Shown here piece by piece: positions 25,667 to 27,310 of a stretch of 27,310 nt of DNA. The notes beneath the pieces were generated by a model, which had not been told where the DNA came from, ran no database searches, and saw nothing but the letters and a program-made list of their open reading frames with translations. The stretch is from positions 1-27,310 of the IMG/VR virus record IMGVR_UViG_3300025141_000598; one strand, given 5' to 3'. This stretch comes from a virus. Lineage: Duplodnaviria > Caudoviricetes. The translations under genes were made by a program, and so were the position numbers. Every line of letters starts with the position of its first letter. The stretch's first letter is position 1.

Positions 25667-27174
25667 TATCTGCGACCTCCATTTTTTAGGTCGAGCCTTA
25701 TGTCACCGAGCGAAAATGATTGATCAGTATCACCTTCAATTGTCATAGATATTTCTCTTGCTGAGATACGACAATCAGAGTAGCCATCGTTTTCAAACGT
25801 GACACTACCGAAATCCGTTTGAGCGCCGAGTGGTGTAAAACGACCTTTGAAACTTAGAGTCACTCCCGGCAATGTAGTCGCCTCAGAATCAGGTATCACT
25901 TGCGTTGCGTGTATGTAGTTGTCTCCTTTTGCGAGTTGTATTGCGCCTGAAGTTGCTGTTGGTTTAGATGTGCCTAGATCTTTGCTGTTGAATAGACTTC
26001 CTTTCTCTTGATAGTAAACGAAACCATTTTCGTCAGAAGCAATCGGATAATCAAAAACGCCTGCATCGTGATAAGCGCTACGATTTAGCTCACCGATTGC
26101 CCACGTGTTGTCGATGTAGTTCCATAAAACGTACTTGTCAGGTGTTTTGCTCTCACCACTAGGGAAAAAGAACCAAATTTCATTGTTTGAGCTGTTATGA
26201 CCTGCACATGTTGCTTTACGATATAAATAATTGATGTTGTCGAATATGTATGAGCTGACAGGACATTTCAGCTCTTGCACTGAGCCATCGTATATAAAGA
26301 CTGAGCTTTCACCAAGCCACGCGATGAAGTTTCCAGCGCTTGCTATCGCTCGCGGTGATATAGCTTTACAATTTGTGCCGGCATCAGATATGCCATAGAT
26401 GAAAGGAGATCCTGTGTAGTATAGACGAGCCAGCCCTGTATCTGTCCATACCAAAATGTCTGTTTGCCATTTGAGTGCTGTTAATGCACGACCGCCTGTT
26501 GGTATTTGCAGATCGCCAGCTGTGTTTGTAGAAGCCGCAGTCCATGTCGTATTTGCTTCTCTTGATGACCATGAAACTTTGCGTGGATCACTGCTTGATC
26601 CAATAGCAACTAAATGTCTTTCGTTGCTGACAACAAGTGATTGACAGCCTGTTGGCGCATTAGTGATTGCTGTCGCAGTTGCATCAGGTGAGCCGCTTCC
26701 TGCGTCGGGTCTCCACTGGTACAGTTTGCCGTCTGATGAACAGCTAAAGATTAAGTGTTCGCCCCAGTTGTCAAAAGAATAACTGTGTGCGTTTAAGCCT
26801 AAGCCGGATTCTGATCTGGCATCGCCATAATCTTCCACGTTGTAATTAAATGCGCCGTATCCGAGCGGTGAGGTGCTGTCTGGAGTTACAAAGCCAGAAG
26901 GAGTTATATCCCGCCATACAAAGTTATAAAGCGTGTAAACTTTTTGATCAGTGCCGATGACTAGAATTTGATCTCCGTCATTTTTGTTGTATGAAAAAAT
27001 GCCAATTGGAATACCAGTCAAAGCTGTACTGCGAAGCAAATCCCAGCCTTTTATTGGTACTAAAATCCCGTCTTTGAAGCGAATCAGATTGCTAGTGATC
27101 CAGCGACCACGATTCTGATAATCAGTGCCGTTGGTGTATACACCGCTTTTGGGAGTTATAGGCAATAGAGCCAT
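25666..27174 (-). CDS. Tail tubular / packaged-DNA stabilisation protein (P22 gp10-like beta-propeller)
   Basis: 502 aa, beta-rich with Trp/Gly repeats (FDNWGE, VSWSSRE, EIWFFFPS); position in the tail module. Confidence 0.75.
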   Translation of the reverse strand: MALLPITPKSGVYTNGTDYQNRGRWITSNLIRFKDGILVPIKGWDLLRSTALTGIPIGIFSYNKNDGDQILVIGTDQKVYTLYNFVWRDITPSGFVTPDSTSPLGYGAFNYNVEDYGDARSESGLGLNAHSYSFDNWGEHLIFSCSSDGKLYQWRPDAGSGSPDATATAITNAPTGCQSLVVSNERHLVAIGSSSDPRKVSWSSREANTTWTAASTNTAGDLQIPTGGRALTALKWQTDILVWTDTGLARLYYTGSPFIYGISDAGTNCKAISPRAIASAGNFIAWLGESSVFIYDGSVQELKCPVSSYIFDNINYLYRKATCAGHNSSNNEIWFFFPSGESKTPDKYVLWNYIDNTWAIGELNRSAYHDAGVFDYPIASDENGFVYYQEKGSLFNSKDLGTSKPTATSGAIQLAKGDNYIHATQVIPDSEATTLPGVTLSFKGRFTPLGAQTDFGSVTFENDGYSDCRISAREISMTIEGDTDQSFSLGDIRLDLKNGGRR

Positions 27175-27176
27175 AC

Positions 27177-27310
27177 TTAACCGCCTATCGTTTTCGTTTC
27201 AGTCGTAGGCGTGATCTGCTCAGTGATATTAGCATCTAATTCATCTTTCATTGCTTGCACTTCATCTTCGCCCATGGCTGTTTCAGTCCAGCCTTCAACG
27301 ATTGACTCAG
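27177..27310 (-). CDS. Partial (C-terminus only) tail-region protein
   Basis: ...ESIVEGWTETAMGEDEVQAMKDELDANITEQITPTTETKTIGG*, ending 2 nt before the next ATG. Confidence 0.7.
   Translation of the reverse strand, partial: ESIVEGWTETAMGEDEVQAMKDELDANITEQITPTTETKTIGG

Noticed and set aside
1932-26644. Numerous short antisense or alternate-frame ORFs in the track (e.g. 2201..2464, 10916..11320, 22668..22961)
   Set aside because: Shadows of long, motif-bearing genes.
1-27310. tRNA/rRNA genes, reverse transcriptase/DGR, stop-codon recoding
   Set aside because: No cloverleaf or RT motifs recognised; genes tile densely under the standard code.

Overview
About 27 kb of a temperate, podovirus-like dsDNA phage (roughly 38% GC by eye; gene content resembles marine proteobacterial podophages). 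No host genes are visible. The left minus-strand arm (12154->1) runs RHH regulator, Holliday-junction resolvase, ABC-ATPase/GNAT fusion, SSB-like protein, primase-helicase, an iteron-like origin, PD-(D/E)XK nuclease, TerS, TerL, portal, an ADP-ribosyltransferase-like effector and small genes. The central plus-strand arm (12352->20487) has repeat-bounded early genes, a serine-recombinase homologue lacking its catalytic motifs, two winged-helix regulators, a YqaJ exonuclease, a tyrosine integrase, a GH24 endolysin and a DUF6378-like gene. The right minus-strand arm (27310->20654) encodes tail and internal-virion (ejection) proteins. The most striking signal is near-total avoidance of non-obligatory CC/GG dinucleotides in core genes but not in accessory patches. 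It co-occurs with an ABC-ATPase/GNAT enzyme that could modify DNA. All family assignments come from motif recognition by eye, not database searches.
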